Source: Hyphomicrobiales bacterium (GTDB taxonomy: Bacteria; Pseudomonadota; Alphaproteobacteria; Rhizobiales; MH13). From it: a stretch of 64,000 nt of DNA. The notes under the pieces were generated by a model. The model did no database searches. It saw nothing but the letters and a program-made list of their open reading frames with translations, and was not told the origin of the DNA. The stretch covers positions 196,327-260,326 of the forward strand of contig JBKAGZ010000004.1 of the NCBI GenBank assembly GCA_046290645.1, in the 5' to 3' direction. Both the position numbers and the translations under genes were made by a program. Positions within the stretch are counted from its first letter, which is position 1; each line of letters opens with the position of its first letter. Below, in pieces: positions 25,782 to 34,960 of the stretch.

Positions 25782-26807
25782 GTGAGTGCTAGCGAACGAC
25801 GCAAACAGGCCGTCACATCCCATGACGTCGCGCGCACAGCTGGCGTCTCCCGTGCCTCTGTAAGCAGGGCATTTGCCACTGATGGTAACATCTCGCCGGA
25901 GCTGCGCACCCATGTGCTGCAGGTTGCACAGGACATTGGCTACAGCGTCAACCAGATTGCTCGCGGTCTGAACCGGCAGCGCAGCGACCTTGTCGGCATC
26001 ATTGCATCGCGCCTCGACAACCCCCACCGCTCTGCCCAGGTGGAGGCGCTGACAAAGGCGATTGTTGCTGAGGGCTTGCGTCCTCTTCTGTTCTGCATTG
26101 AACGGCACGAACCAGTGGGGCAAATTCTCCGGCTTCTGCTCGACTACCAAGTGTCCGGCGTCATCATCACGTCGGGCTCTCCTGATGAGAGCATCGTCGA
26201 ACGTTGCGCGACAAATGACGTGCCACTGATCCTGGTCGACCGACCCGAAACAGGCTGGGATCGGGTTGACCATGTCAGCGGCGACAATATCGCCGGCGGA
26301 CGTATTGTTGCCGAAGCTTTGCTGGCCAAAGGACGCAGCACCGTTGTCGCTCTGAAACCTAAAGCAATTACGTTTGCAATGGGTGAGCGGGTGGACAGCC
26401 TTCAAGCGGCTTGCCGCGATGGAAGCCTTGCGTTCCAAACAATTCCAACGAATGGGTCAGACTATGAGGCGGCACTGCATGCCGTCACAGATTTGTTCGG
26501 TTCCCAAAGCGCACCGCCTCGCGATGGCAGCGTCGCGTTTTTTGTCCCTAATGATGTATCAGCCCTTGGCGCTCTTGATGCCATGCGCCAGGCGGGGGTC
26601 TTAGTCCCTGATGAGATTGGCCTCATGGGGTATGATGATATCCCCCAAGCCGCATGGGTCGGCTCAAGTCTAAGCACCGTACGCCAAGACCCCAAGGCAA
26701 CGGCAAGGGCCGTCCTTACCCTACTGAAGCAACGCATTGCCTCACCAGACAGCCCGCGACGTGTTGTTCGGATTCCCGTCACTCCTGTCCTTCGGAACAC
26801 CCATTGA
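25782..26807 (+). CDS. LacI family transcriptional regulator
   Basis: N-terminal HTH VTSHDVARTAGVSRASVSRAF plus a periplasmic-binding-fold effector domain. GTG start. Confidence 0.9.
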   Translation: MSASERRKQAVTSHDVARTAGVSRASVSRAFATDGNISPELRTHVLQVAQDIGYSVNQIARGLNRQRSDLVGIIASRLDNPHRSAQVEALTKAIVAEGLRPLLFCIERHEPVGQILRLLLDYQVSGVIITSGSPDESIVERCATNDVPLILVDRPETGWDRVDHVSGDNIAGGRIVAEALLAKGRSTVVALKPKAITFAMGERVDSLQAACRDGSLAFQTIPTNGSDYEAALHAVTDLFGSQSAPPRDGSVAFFVPNDVSALGALDAMRQAGVLVPDEIGLMGYDDIPQAAWVGSSLSTVRQDPKATARAVLTLLKQRIASPDSPRRVVRIPVTPVLRNTH

Positions 26808-27655
26808 CCTCAAATCCTGCCTCCTCCAGTCTTCTTTCCACCCCACTTGATCCGTCAGAAATAGAAAATCGGCTAACCTTCGCGTGTGACTTGGTACGCC
26901 GCGCTGGAAAAGCGGCACGCGTGGCGTGGCAAACCGGCAGTCTCGCCGTTGAAGTTAAGGGGCCGCAGGACTTCGTCACCGCCATCGACCGCGATACCGA
27001 AACCTTGATCCGCAATGAGCTGGCCCAAGCCTTTCCTGGTGACAGTGTCTTGGGCGAGGAGTTTGGAGGCGCTGAGAGCGATGGCCCCTTATGGGTGGTC
27101 GACCCCATCGACGGGACAGCCAATTTCATCCGCGGGCTCGGGGATTGGGCAGTCTCACTCGCGTTGGTGCACCAAGGAGAACTCATCCTTGGCATTGTTT
27201 ATGATGGCGGACGGGATTTGCTCTATTGGGGTCGATCTGGGCATGGCGCATTTTGCGAGGCGCGCGCGTTGCATGCGGCAACCACGGATCAGCTTAGCAA
27301 AGCCTTGATCATGTTGGGCACCAATCAAAAAACCGCGCTTGATGACCATCTGGACGATCATCGTACTTTAAGAGCGCTTGGCACAGAGTATCGCCGTCAT
27401 GGCTCAGCTGCTACAGGGTTGTTGATGGTGGCTGATGGACGGGTGGATGCTTACTATGAGCGCTATCTCAACGCATGGGATGCGCTTGGTGGCCTTTGCA
27501 TCGCCCAAGAGGCCGGCGCGCTGAGCAAGTTACCAGCAATGGATGCTTTTCTGACCTCAGCCGGTCCGGTTCTTTGCGCCACCGCTACGCTTTTTGATGA
27601 CGTGAACAGTGCATTGAATGCAAACCGTTCGAGCCCTCCCATCGTCCAACTCTGA
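26804..27655 (+). CDS. inositol monophosphatase family protein
   Basis: Motifs GEEFGG and WVVDPIDGTANFIRG. The proposed TTG 26804 start (TTGA overlap with the LacI stop) is tentative. The ORF-track start 26654 overlaps the LacI gene by 154 nt. Confidence 0.75.
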   Translation: MTSNPASSSLLSTPLDPSEIENRLTFACDLVRRAGKAARVAWQTGSLAVEVKGPQDFVTAIDRDTETLIRNELAQAFPGDSVLGEEFGGAESDGPLWVVDPIDGTANFIRGLGDWAVSLALVHQGELILGIVYDGGRDLLYWGRSGHGAFCEARALHAATTDQLSKALIMLGTNQKTALDDHLDDHRTLRALGTEYRRHGSAATGLLMVADGRVDAYYERYLNAWDALGGLCIAQEAGALSKLPAMDAFLTSAGPVLCATATLFDDVNSALNANRSSPPIVQL

Positions 27656-27801
27656 ACGTGCGCTAGCGCCCGATGGCATGTGCTTAGCGTTCCTCGCGCA
27701 AAGTCCAAATTGGGCTCAAGACTGCCAATGCGGCCTTGTATTCTTTGAGCTATGATCGATTGCTCGAATGTCGGGAGTGAGGTGGTGTGGAGGGATTGGG
27801 A

Positions 27802-28695
27802 TCATTGGCCTGCCTGATCGATCTGTTGCTCAAAAGCTTCTATCTCTGACAGCCCAAAGGCGGTCGGCTGCAAAGCAGGCATCCTATCTCTCGGTTCCAG
27901 CAACCCGATCTGCTTAGCGACAAGTCGCTTGCCGTAACATAACATTCCAGGAATCGACCGCGACATGAACACGATAGCGGGCAGTAGTTGCTGATGGATC
28001 GCTTCGGCACGCACGACATCACCTGACTGCCACGCCTCGAACAGGATAACCTGTGCTTTCAGGAAGTCCGGTGCCGGGATCAAACCAGCCCCGCCTGAGC
28101 GCAAAAGTGCAGGAAACTCGATACCGCCATATCCACCAAACACTTGGTAGGCTCCACCCGAACCTTCGATGGTCCGGGCAATGTCAACCGAGAACCCCTC
28201 GCCCTTCAATATCGAGATGTTGGGGTGGACCTTGTTCAGATCGACCAACGCATCCGGTGAGAGCGAAACATCCAGATCAATCGGATTGTTTTGGATAGCG
28301 ACGTCAACGTCCAGCGCATCAGCGACGCTGCCGAAGAACCTTATCAGATCACCCTGGGAGGTTCCTTTGATTGGCGGTGGTTGAAGGATCACCCAGTCAG
28401 CACCGGCCTTGGCGGCAGCTTTGGAAAATGCAACCTGCCCGGCAAGCGACGGCTCACCAACGGTGACGGCATAGGGCAGACGGCCATCGATCATTGTGCC
28501 GACCACCTCGACCAGGTGCAGGCGCTCGTTCACATCCATCTTGTGAACTTCAGTAACCAGTCCAAGCACGGCAATGCCATGGGCGCCCGATTCGATACAA
28601 TGCTCAACCTGTGCACGCATCGCTGCTTCATCAAGCGCGCCATGTTCATCCCAGAAAGCATAGAGAATGGGGTAAATGCCCGACCAATTTGCCAT
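27802..28695 (-). CDS. DHDPS/N-acetylneuraminate-lyase superfamily protein (candidate 2-keto-3-deoxy-acid aldolase)
   Basis: 297 aa with DapA-like pattern (GIAVLGLVTE..., WVILQPPP). Last gene of a nine-gene operon that contains dgoD. Confidence 0.75.
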   Translation of the reverse strand: MANWSGIYPILYAFWDEHGALDEAAMRAQVEHCIESGAHGIAVLGLVTEVHKMDVNERLHLVEVVGTMIDGRLPYAVTVGEPSLAGQVAFSKAAAKAGADWVILQPPPIKGTSQGDLIRFFGSVADALDVDVAIQNNPIDLDVSLSPDALVDLNKVHPNISILKGEGFSVDIARTIEGSGGAYQVFGGYGGIEFPALLRSGGAGLIPAPDFLKAQVILFEAWQSGDVVRAEAIHQQLLPAIVFMSRSIPGMLCYGKRLVAKQIGLLEPRDRMPALQPTAFGLSEIEAFEQQIDQAGQ

Positions 28696-28697
28696 GA

Positions 28698-29795
28698 TCA
28701 GATGGTCATCTGGAAAGGCGCTGCAACCTCGCAGCCAGTTGCGGTGACGATCAACATAAACTCGCAGCGCGCGCCACCAAGGCCGGGGATGTAGCTTCCC
28801 GGCTCGACCATCAGCACCATATTCTCTTCAATCAGTGCTGTTTCATCGGGCAGCAAGCGGGGGAACTCATGCACTGAGGTGCCAATGCCGTGCCCGGAAT
28901 GGTGAGGGTAGGAAAATCCATGACGCTGCATGTTAGCCCGCAACATGGCATCAAAATCGCAAACGCGCAGACCCGGGCGCAGTTCTGCAATGGCAAGGTC
29001 CAGCGTTTCTTTCGACGCATTAAAGAGCTTCACATAGGGTTCGGTCGGTTCATTGCCGACGACAAACGCACTGCAACTGTCACCCCAATACCCACTCACA
29101 CGCGGCGCCAGATCACAGACAATTGGATCGCCATTTTGCAACGCGCGCTCGGTCGGCTGAAGACCAAGAACGCTCGTGCGCTCTATGCCGCTAAGATACT
29201 CGCCAGCCAAGGCGCAACGTTCACCCGCGGCACGCTCCATAGCCGTGCGGATGCGCCCCCAAACCTCCAGTTCAGTTATGCCTGGCACACTCTGCGCCCG
29301 CGCTGCTTCCTGTCCGGCTGCAGCCACTTCAGCGGCTTTGCGCAGCTTGGCAATTTCACGGTCGGTTTTCACAGCACGAAGGCGTGCCAGCTCCTTATCG
29401 AAAGGCATGAGGTCACTGCCAAGCAGGTCAACGGCACTGGCAGGCAGGCTGCCACCTTCATAGGCGATGCTGCCAGATACACCCAACTGCCTCAGCATTG
29501 AGGCCAGGGCGTTTTGATAGTTGGCGGGCTGATCTGTTACCGCCCGCGCGAAACCTTCATAGGTCTCATAGGCAAGTCCATCGATTTGCGCGCCATCCAC
29601 GTTGGCAGCGACGACACCAACTGCCCCATCCTTGCTGATGAAAGCTGTACACGGCCCGCCGGTGAACGGTGACATGCCGATCTCAATGGGCACGATATGG
29701 CCGGTCGCAAAACAGACACTGTCGGCACCCGTGAGCACGACCCAATCATGGCCTGCGTCTGCCAGCAATTGCCCAATGCGTTTCACATTCTCCAT
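28698..29795 (-). CDS. M24 family metallopeptidase/creatinase-like hydrolase
   Basis: Pita-bread motifs HHSGHGIGTSVHEFP and LMVEPG. ATG 29795 is preceded by AAAGGA. The ORF-track start 29936 runs into the dgoD gene. Confidence 0.8.
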   Translation of the reverse strand: MENVKRIGQLLADAGHDWVVLTGADSVCFATGHIVPIEIGMSPFTGGPCTAFISKDGAVGVVAANVDGAQIDGLAYETYEGFARAVTDQPANYQNALASMLRQLGVSGSIAYEGGSLPASAVDLLGSDLMPFDKELARLRAVKTDREIAKLRKAAEVAAAGQEAARAQSVPGITELEVWGRIRTAMERAAGERCALAGEYLSGIERTSVLGLQPTERALQNGDPIVCDLAPRVSGYWGDSCSAFVVGNEPTEPYVKLFNASKETLDLAIAELRPGLRVCDFDAMLRANMQRHGFSYPHHSGHGIGTSVHEFPRLLPDETALIEENMVLMVEPGSYIPGLGGARCEFMLIVTATGCEVAAPFQMTI

Positions 29796-29817
29796 CTGAA
29801 ACGTCCTTTCACTTGCC

Positions 29818-30966
29818 CTACCACTCGGCCACTGAGCCGTCCTCGTGACGCCACAAGGGCGGACGCCAGCTGTGGCCATCTTTCGCCATCGCGCGCACAT
29901 GCTCTTCGTTGATTTCCAGCCCCAGGCCTGGCCCATCGGGAATGCTCAGCGATGCATTGTTGATCGCAAAGACTTGCGGGTTGGTGACATAATCCACCAT
30001 GTCGCCGCCCTGATTGTAGTGGATGCCCAAACTCTGTTCCTGAATGAAGGCATTGTAGCAAACCGCATCAACCTGCAGGCAGGCTGCCAGCGCGATCGGG
30101 CCAAGTGGGCAATGCGGGGCAAGCGCGACATCATAGGCTTCAGCCCAATGCCCAATGCGCACCATCTCTGAGATACCGCCGACATGGGCGGTGTCAGGGT
30201 TGATGATATTGGCCGCACGTTTTTCAAAAACCTGTTTGAAATCATAACGCGAGTGCAGTCGTTCGCCGATGACCAGAGGTATGGCTGTGGCACTGGCAAG
30301 GTCCGCCATTGCATCGACTTGCTGAGAGACCACGGCGTCTTCAATGAACATGGGGCGCATCGGCTCAAGTTCAGCAATGAGTTGACGTGCCATAGGCACA
30401 TGAACGCGCCCATGAAAATCGAGCGAAATGTCCAGCTTGTTACCCACAGCCTCGCGCAAGGCGAACAGTTTGGCGACGATCTGATCGAGCTTGGCGTGCG
30501 TGTCGACGATGCGAAGCTCAGCGCAAGCATTGAGTTTCACAGCGTTGTAACCCTGCGCGATAAGCGCTTCAGCCTCTTCGATCAAATTGTCCGGACGGTC
30601 ACCGCCAATCCAGCGATAGGTGCGGATAGTATCGCGCACTTTGCCACCAAGAAGCGCATGAACAGGGGCGTTGTGATATTTGCCCTTGATGTCCCAAAGC
30701 GCCATGTCCAGTCCAGAGATGGCACTCATCAACACCGGACCGCCGCGATAGCAGCCAGCGCGGTAGATGGATTGCCACATATCCTCAATGAGCAGTGGAT
30801 CCCGCCCAATGACGAGGTCTTTCAACTCTTCAATTTTAGCAGCCAGCGTTTCTGCGTGCCCCTCCAGTACGGGCTCGCCCCACCCCACAAAACCTTCGTC
30901 AGTGGTGACCTTGAGGAACAGCCAACGCGGCGGAACAAGAAACGTTTCAAGACGGGTAATCTTCAC
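29818..30966 (-). CDS. dgoD: D-galactonate dehydratase (enolase superfamily)
   Basis: 382 aa. N-terminus MKITRLETFLVPPRWLFLKVTTDEGFVGWGEP and C-terminus WRPPLWRHEDGSVAEW closely match my recollection of E. coli DgoD. GTG start with a GTGA overlap on the upstream stop. Confidence 0.85.
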   Translation of the reverse strand: MKITRLETFLVPPRWLFLKVTTDEGFVGWGEPVLEGHAETLAAKIEELKDLVIGRDPLLIEDMWQSIYRAGCYRGGPVLMSAISGLDMALWDIKGKYHNAPVHALLGGKVRDTIRTYRWIGGDRPDNLIEEAEALIAQGYNAVKLNACAELRIVDTHAKLDQIVAKLFALREAVGNKLDISLDFHGRVHVPMARQLIAELEPMRPMFIEDAVVSQQVDAMADLASATAIPLVIGERLHSRYDFKQVFEKRAANIINPDTAHVGGISEMVRIGHWAEAYDVALAPHCPLGPIALAACLQVDAVCYNAFIQEQSLGIHYNQGGDMVDYVTNPQVFAINNASLSIPDGPGLGLEINEEHVRAMAKDGHSWRPPLWRHEDGSVAEW

Positions 30967-32186
30967 GTGACATCACCAGCGATCAGAATTGCTCCGTCGA
31001 GTGCCAGCTGCTCAATACTCTCTTCTGCAAACCCGAAGTCTGCCAGAACGTCCCGGCTGTCAGCACCATAGAGGGGCGCTGGCGTGACATAAGGCTCGGG
31101 TGCCTCAGAAAAGCGGACGGCTGGGGTAACAGCTTTGTATGTGCCGCCGACAGGATGGATCACATCCATCAATCGACCTTGCGACTGCGGATGGGCCAAA
31201 AATGCATCGTAATCATTCACAACCACGCACCACACACCCAGCGGTGCAAGCAGTGCATCCCAGTTGTCTGCAGTATCAGTGAGAAGCTTTGCCGCGACGG
31301 TCTGGTAGATATCGTCCCGCCAAACGGCGACATCCGCGCCATCACCAGTGTCCGGTCGCGCAGCCTTTTTTTCCGCCAGCATAGGGAGCTTTAGCGCGGA
31401 GGCCAGCACATCAAGATCGGCCTGCGCGATGGCAAAAAAGCCGTCAGAGCATTTGTAGATACCGTAAGGCGGCTCTTGATAGATGGAGACCTGCGGAGAA
31501 CTGCCGCGCTGGGGCGGTGTATCGGTGGCAAGGTAGGAGGTAATCTCCTGGCACTGCATCTCCATAATAGCAGCCATCATGGAAACGCTTACGGCTTGCC
31601 CTTCGCCCGTATGCGAACGTGCAACCAGCGCAGCCAAGACACCCTCACACACCATGTGCGAGGCTGTCACATCCACCATATAAAGCGGCGAAGCCTGGGG
31701 CAGTTGGCCAGCCTTGCCACCATTCATGGTCAGGCCAGTGAATGATTGCAGCAGCAGGTCCTGACCTGGACGGTCCTTCATCGGACCTTCCTCGCCATAA
31801 CCATTGATCGAACCGTAGACCAGACGCGGGTTCATCGCCCGCAACGTCTCATACGCAATGCCCAGTTTGGTGGCCACGCGCGGACGGAAATTCTGCACCA
31901 AAACATCCGCCTGTCGGACCATGTCGTAAAGCACGTCCCGTCCGGCATCGGACTTTAGATCAAGCACCAAAGAACGCTTGTTTTGGTTCAGCGTCACGTA
32001 GCAGGTTGCATCACCAAATTTCGTAATGTCGGCCATCGGGGCATGACGGGAAAAGTCACCGCCCCCAGGCGCTTCAATCTTGATGATGTCGGCGCCCATT
32101 TCACCCAGACGCTGGGTGCATAAGGGTCCAGCCATGGCAATGGTAAGATCAAGAACTCTGATCCCTTCCAGCGGTCTTCGGCTCAT
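30963..32186 (-). CDS. family III CoA-transferase (CaiB/BaiF-like)
   Basis: PLEGIRVLDLTIAMAGPLCTQRLGEMGADIIKIEAPGGGDFSR. ATG 32186 lies 1 nt after the crotonase stop (TAGgATG). Confidence 0.85.
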   Translation of the reverse strand: MSRRPLEGIRVLDLTIAMAGPLCTQRLGEMGADIIKIEAPGGGDFSRHAPMADITKFGDATCYVTLNQNKRSLVLDLKSDAGRDVLYDMVRQADVLVQNFRPRVATKLGIAYETLRAMNPRLVYGSINGYGEEGPMKDRPGQDLLLQSFTGLTMNGGKAGQLPQASPLYMVDVTASHMVCEGVLAALVARSHTGEGQAVSVSMMAAIMEMQCQEITSYLATDTPPQRGSSPQVSIYQEPPYGIYKCSDGFFAIAQADLDVLASALKLPMLAEKKAARPDTGDGADVAVWRDDIYQTVAAKLLTDTADNWDALLAPLGVWCVVVNDYDAFLAHPQSQGRLMDVIHPVGGTYKAVTPAVRFSEAPEPYVTPAPLYGADSRDVLADFGFAEESIEQLALDGAILIAGDVT

Positions 32187-32187
32187 C

Positions 32188-32982
32188 CTATTTACCCCGG
32201 AACACTGGTTCGCGTTTTTCAGCGAAAGCGGCCATGCCCTCGCGCGCATCCTCAGTCATCATGCACAGCGTGTAGCCATCATTTTCCCAAGCCAGACCTT
32301 GCGCAATGGACGTGCCCTGGCTTTGTTTGATGACGTTTTTGGCGGACTGAACTGCAATGGGCGGGTTCTTGGCAATGCGGGCAGCAATGGTCTGAACGCT
32401 CGCCAGCAAATCATCCGGCTCGGCAATCTTCTGAACAAAACCAACACGGTGTGCCTCATCGGCAGGCACAATATCGCCGGTCAAAATCCACATGGCAGCA
32501 TTGCCGTAACCGATCAGGCGCGGCAAAACACTGGTGTTCCCACTGCCTGCGTGCCAGCCGCGTTGAACTTCTGGGGCGCCAAAGCGCGAGCGCGGGGTCG
32601 CGACGCGAATATCGCAACAGATCGCAACTTCCAGGCCTCCACCCAGACAGTAGCCATCAATGGCCGCGATAGCTGGTTTGCGCAGCTTAAGCAGCGGGTC
32701 GATATAATCGCGATCATACTCAGCTCGGTTCCGTCCCTCCCAGGGCGTTCCCAGATCATCAAGCATGTTGACGTCGCTTCCAGCAGAAAACGCCCGTTCT
32801 CCAGCACCATCAATCACCAAAACCTTGATGCTGTCATCGGTGTCCACGCGCCGCGCATGCTTCACAATCTGCCCTCCCATGGCCGCCGTAATGGCATTCA
32901 TTTTGGCCGGGCGGTTGAGCATGAGATAGGCCACACCATCCTCAACGCGGAACAGAATATGCTCGTCTGGATTATCAGACAT
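32188..32982 (-). CDS. enoyl-CoA hydratase/isomerase (crotonase) family protein
   Basis: VLVIDGAGERAFSAGSDV and GYCLGGGLEVAICCDIRVA oxyanion-hole blocks. Confidence 0.85.
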   Translation of the reverse strand: MSDNPDEHILFRVEDGVAYLMLNRPAKMNAITAAMGGQIVKHARRVDTDDSIKVLVIDGAGERAFSAGSDVNMLDDLGTPWEGRNRAEYDRDYIDPLLKLRKPAIAAIDGYCLGGGLEVAICCDIRVATPRSRFGAPEVQRGWHAGSGNTSVLPRLIGYGNAAMWILTGDIVPADEAHRVGFVQKIAEPDDLLASVQTIAARIAKNPPIAVQSAKNVIKQSQGTSIAQGLAWENDGYTLCMMTEDAREGMAAFAEKREPVFRGK

Positions 32983-32994
32983 GGTGGTCTCCTC

Positions 32995-33864
32995 TCATTG
33001 CGGCGCAAGCAGTGTGATGGTCGATGTCCAGGCGCGGCTTTGAACCGGCTTTAGCCAAACGGCATGCTCACCGGCAAGCGCGCCTGCAAGGTCATCGGTA
33101 GGGCTGGTGGTGGGTTCGATAGCAATCTGATGGACTGGCGCGTCTTCTGGCCAGCCACCATAATCAAACCAGAAACCTACATAGGGGGCGTCTTCAGCGT
33201 TCCAGGAAAAGGCTATGCCGCCATTGTCCCCGGCAATTGATATCCGCGCCTGGTCCGTCAGGCTTCCATAGGCCTTGAGCGCCAAGCGAGAATCCAAATC
33301 ATGGACTTTGGTGAAATCAGTGCCATCAACATTGGTAAGATCGATGGGCTGACCATCAGCTCTGATGTCCGTGATCCCCTCCAGTGTCAGTCTTTCACCT
33401 GGTAGACAGGCAAGCAGACAATGCTGGCTCCAAAGGGCTGGCATCAGCGTTTCATTTGCGTTGGTGGCTTTATAGGAAGCGACGATTGATGTGCCATCCA
33501 GCGCAAGCGTTCGGGTAAAGCGGATCTGGTCATCTGTGTATGTTGCTGAGATGCCGGCGGGCGTGCGTGCGCATTGCCAAGAACGGCCCCATAGATCGCC
33601 GTGATCGCGTAGGGTCCGCCTCCAAGCGATGGACATACAGCGACCAACAGTTGGATAACACTCATCCCAGCCGCGGGCTTGCGGGCCCAAAAAAGGTGCC
33701 TCATTGTCTTGTCTGCCAACCAGATCACCTTGAACAAGCCAGTCTCGCCCCGTCCGCTTGTCAATCAACGACGTCACACGTGCTCCAAATTGGGGTGCGA
33801 GTGTGAGCTCGACATACTCATTTTCCAGAGTCAGCCAGTCATCCATCTGTAGTGTCTCAGCCAT
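32995..33864 (-). CDS. aldose 1-epimerase (galactose mutarotase-like) family protein
   Basis: 289 aa, all-beta type sequence with an aldose-epimerase-like N-terminus (LTLENEYVELTLAPQFGARVTSL). The start overlaps the permease stop (TGATG). Confidence 0.6.
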   Translation of the reverse strand: MAETLQMDDWLTLENEYVELTLAPQFGARVTSLIDKRTGRDWLVQGDLVGRQDNEAPFLGPQARGWDECYPTVGRCMSIAWRRTLRDHGDLWGRSWQCARTPAGISATYTDDQIRFTRTLALDGTSIVASYKATNANETLMPALWSQHCLLACLPGERLTLEGITDIRADGQPIDLTNVDGTDFTKVHDLDSRLALKAYGSLTDQARISIAGDNGGIAFSWNAEDAPYVGFWFDYGGWPEDAPVHQIAIEPTTSPTDDLAGALAGEHAVWLKPVQSRAWTSTITLLAPQ

Positions 33865-34925
33865 CAGTTACCGCCGGAGGCTGCGATGCGGGCCTGTGCT
33901 TTTTCCGAGCGGGCAATGCGCCACTGGCCGATAGCAACGGCAATCACAAGCAAAAGCCCCTTGGCGACCAGCTGATAGAAGGTCGGAATACCCAGCAAAT
34001 TCATGCCGTTGGATAGGGTGGCGAGCAGCAAAACCGCTAACATTGTGCCAACGATTGTGCCCTTGCCACCAGCAAGCAACGCGCCGCCAAGAAACACAGC
34101 CGTGATGGCCTCAAGCTCCAGCCCTTGCGTTCCCGAAGCAGGTTGGCCGGAGCTGGTACGAGCAGTAACAATGACACCAGCAAGCCCTGAAAGCGCTCCT
34201 GAGATGGCATAAATGTAGTAGCGCATGCGCGTGAGATTGATGCCAGCAAGACGCGCCGCCGCTGGGTTGCCACCCATCGAATAGATGGACCGGCCAAAGA
34301 CCGTTGATGTCATCACGAAATGGGCAATGACAGCCACAACAACCAGAATGATGAACGCGATGGGAATGCCTGGGAAATCACCGGCCTGAAAAAGTCGGCC
34401 TGACCCCAGCAGCGCAAGGGTTGGATCAAGAACGCCGATGGGCCGACCGTCCGGGGCAATCAAGAAAGCGACGCCGCGAAAGGCCGAGAAGGTCGCCAGC
34501 GTTGCCACCACGGGGTTCACACGCAAGATGGATATGATGGAGGCGTTGACCAGGCCAAGCACCACGCCGATGCCCACACCGAACACAACGCCGCCCATCA
34601 CGGTACCGACCTGGGTGACCATAAGAGCGCAGACGACAGAGGCGCAGCCGGCAATCGAACCAACCGAGATATCCAGACCTGCTGAAACGATCACCAGCGT
34701 CATGCCTACGGCGATAAGCCCGACGACAGCCATGTTCTGGCCGATGTTGAGGATGTTTCGGGGGGAGAAGAAGAACTCTGTCTGACTGGCGATCAGCGCC
34801 ACCATGATGATCAGAGCAATAATCAGCGACAGGTTCTCAGCGCCAATGGAATGCAGAAGTCGTTGGGGTAGCCCAGGACGACGAGGATGCGAAGTGCCAG
34901 CGGATTGAGCAGGTGTGTCGGTCAT
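33864..34925 (-). CDS. ABC sugar permease (RbsC/AraH type)
   Basis: Polytopic membrane protein of the monosaccharide (CUT2) type. The start is ambiguous: ATG 34925 is chosen, with ATG 34934 and TTG 34955 as alternatives. Confidence 0.85.
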   Translation of the reverse strand: MTDTPAQSAGTSHPRRPGLPQRLLHSIGAENLSLIIALIIMVALIASQTEFFFSPRNILNIGQNMAVVGLIAVGMTLVIVSAGLDISVGSIAGCASVVCALMVTQVGTVMGGVVFGVGIGVVLGLVNASIISILRVNPVVATLATFSAFRGVAFLIAPDGRPIGVLDPTLALLGSGRLFQAGDFPGIPIAFIILVVVAVIAHFVMTSTVFGRSIYSMGGNPAAARLAGINLTRMRYYIYAISGALSGLAGVIVTARTSSGQPASGTQGLELEAITAVFLGGALLAGGKGTIVGTMLAVLLLATLSNGMNLLGIPTFYQLVAKGLLLVIAVAIGQWRIARSEKAQARIAASGGN

Positions 34926-34960
34926 GGAAAACATTGCTCCATTGTGAGGGTACAAGACCC

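Noticed and set aside
26654-26803. 50-codon N-terminal extension of the IMPase ORF
   Set aside because: It overlaps the LacI gene and is low-complexity Pro/Ser/Thr-rich sequence. No ATG is available, so a TTG at the LacI stop is proposed instead. That start remains tentative.
30184-33054. Plus-strand ORFs of 295 aa (30184-31071) and 324 aa (32080-33054)
   Set aside because: Both are antisense to the dgoD, CoA-transferase and crotonase genes, which have clear family motifs. They have no motifs or SD of their own.
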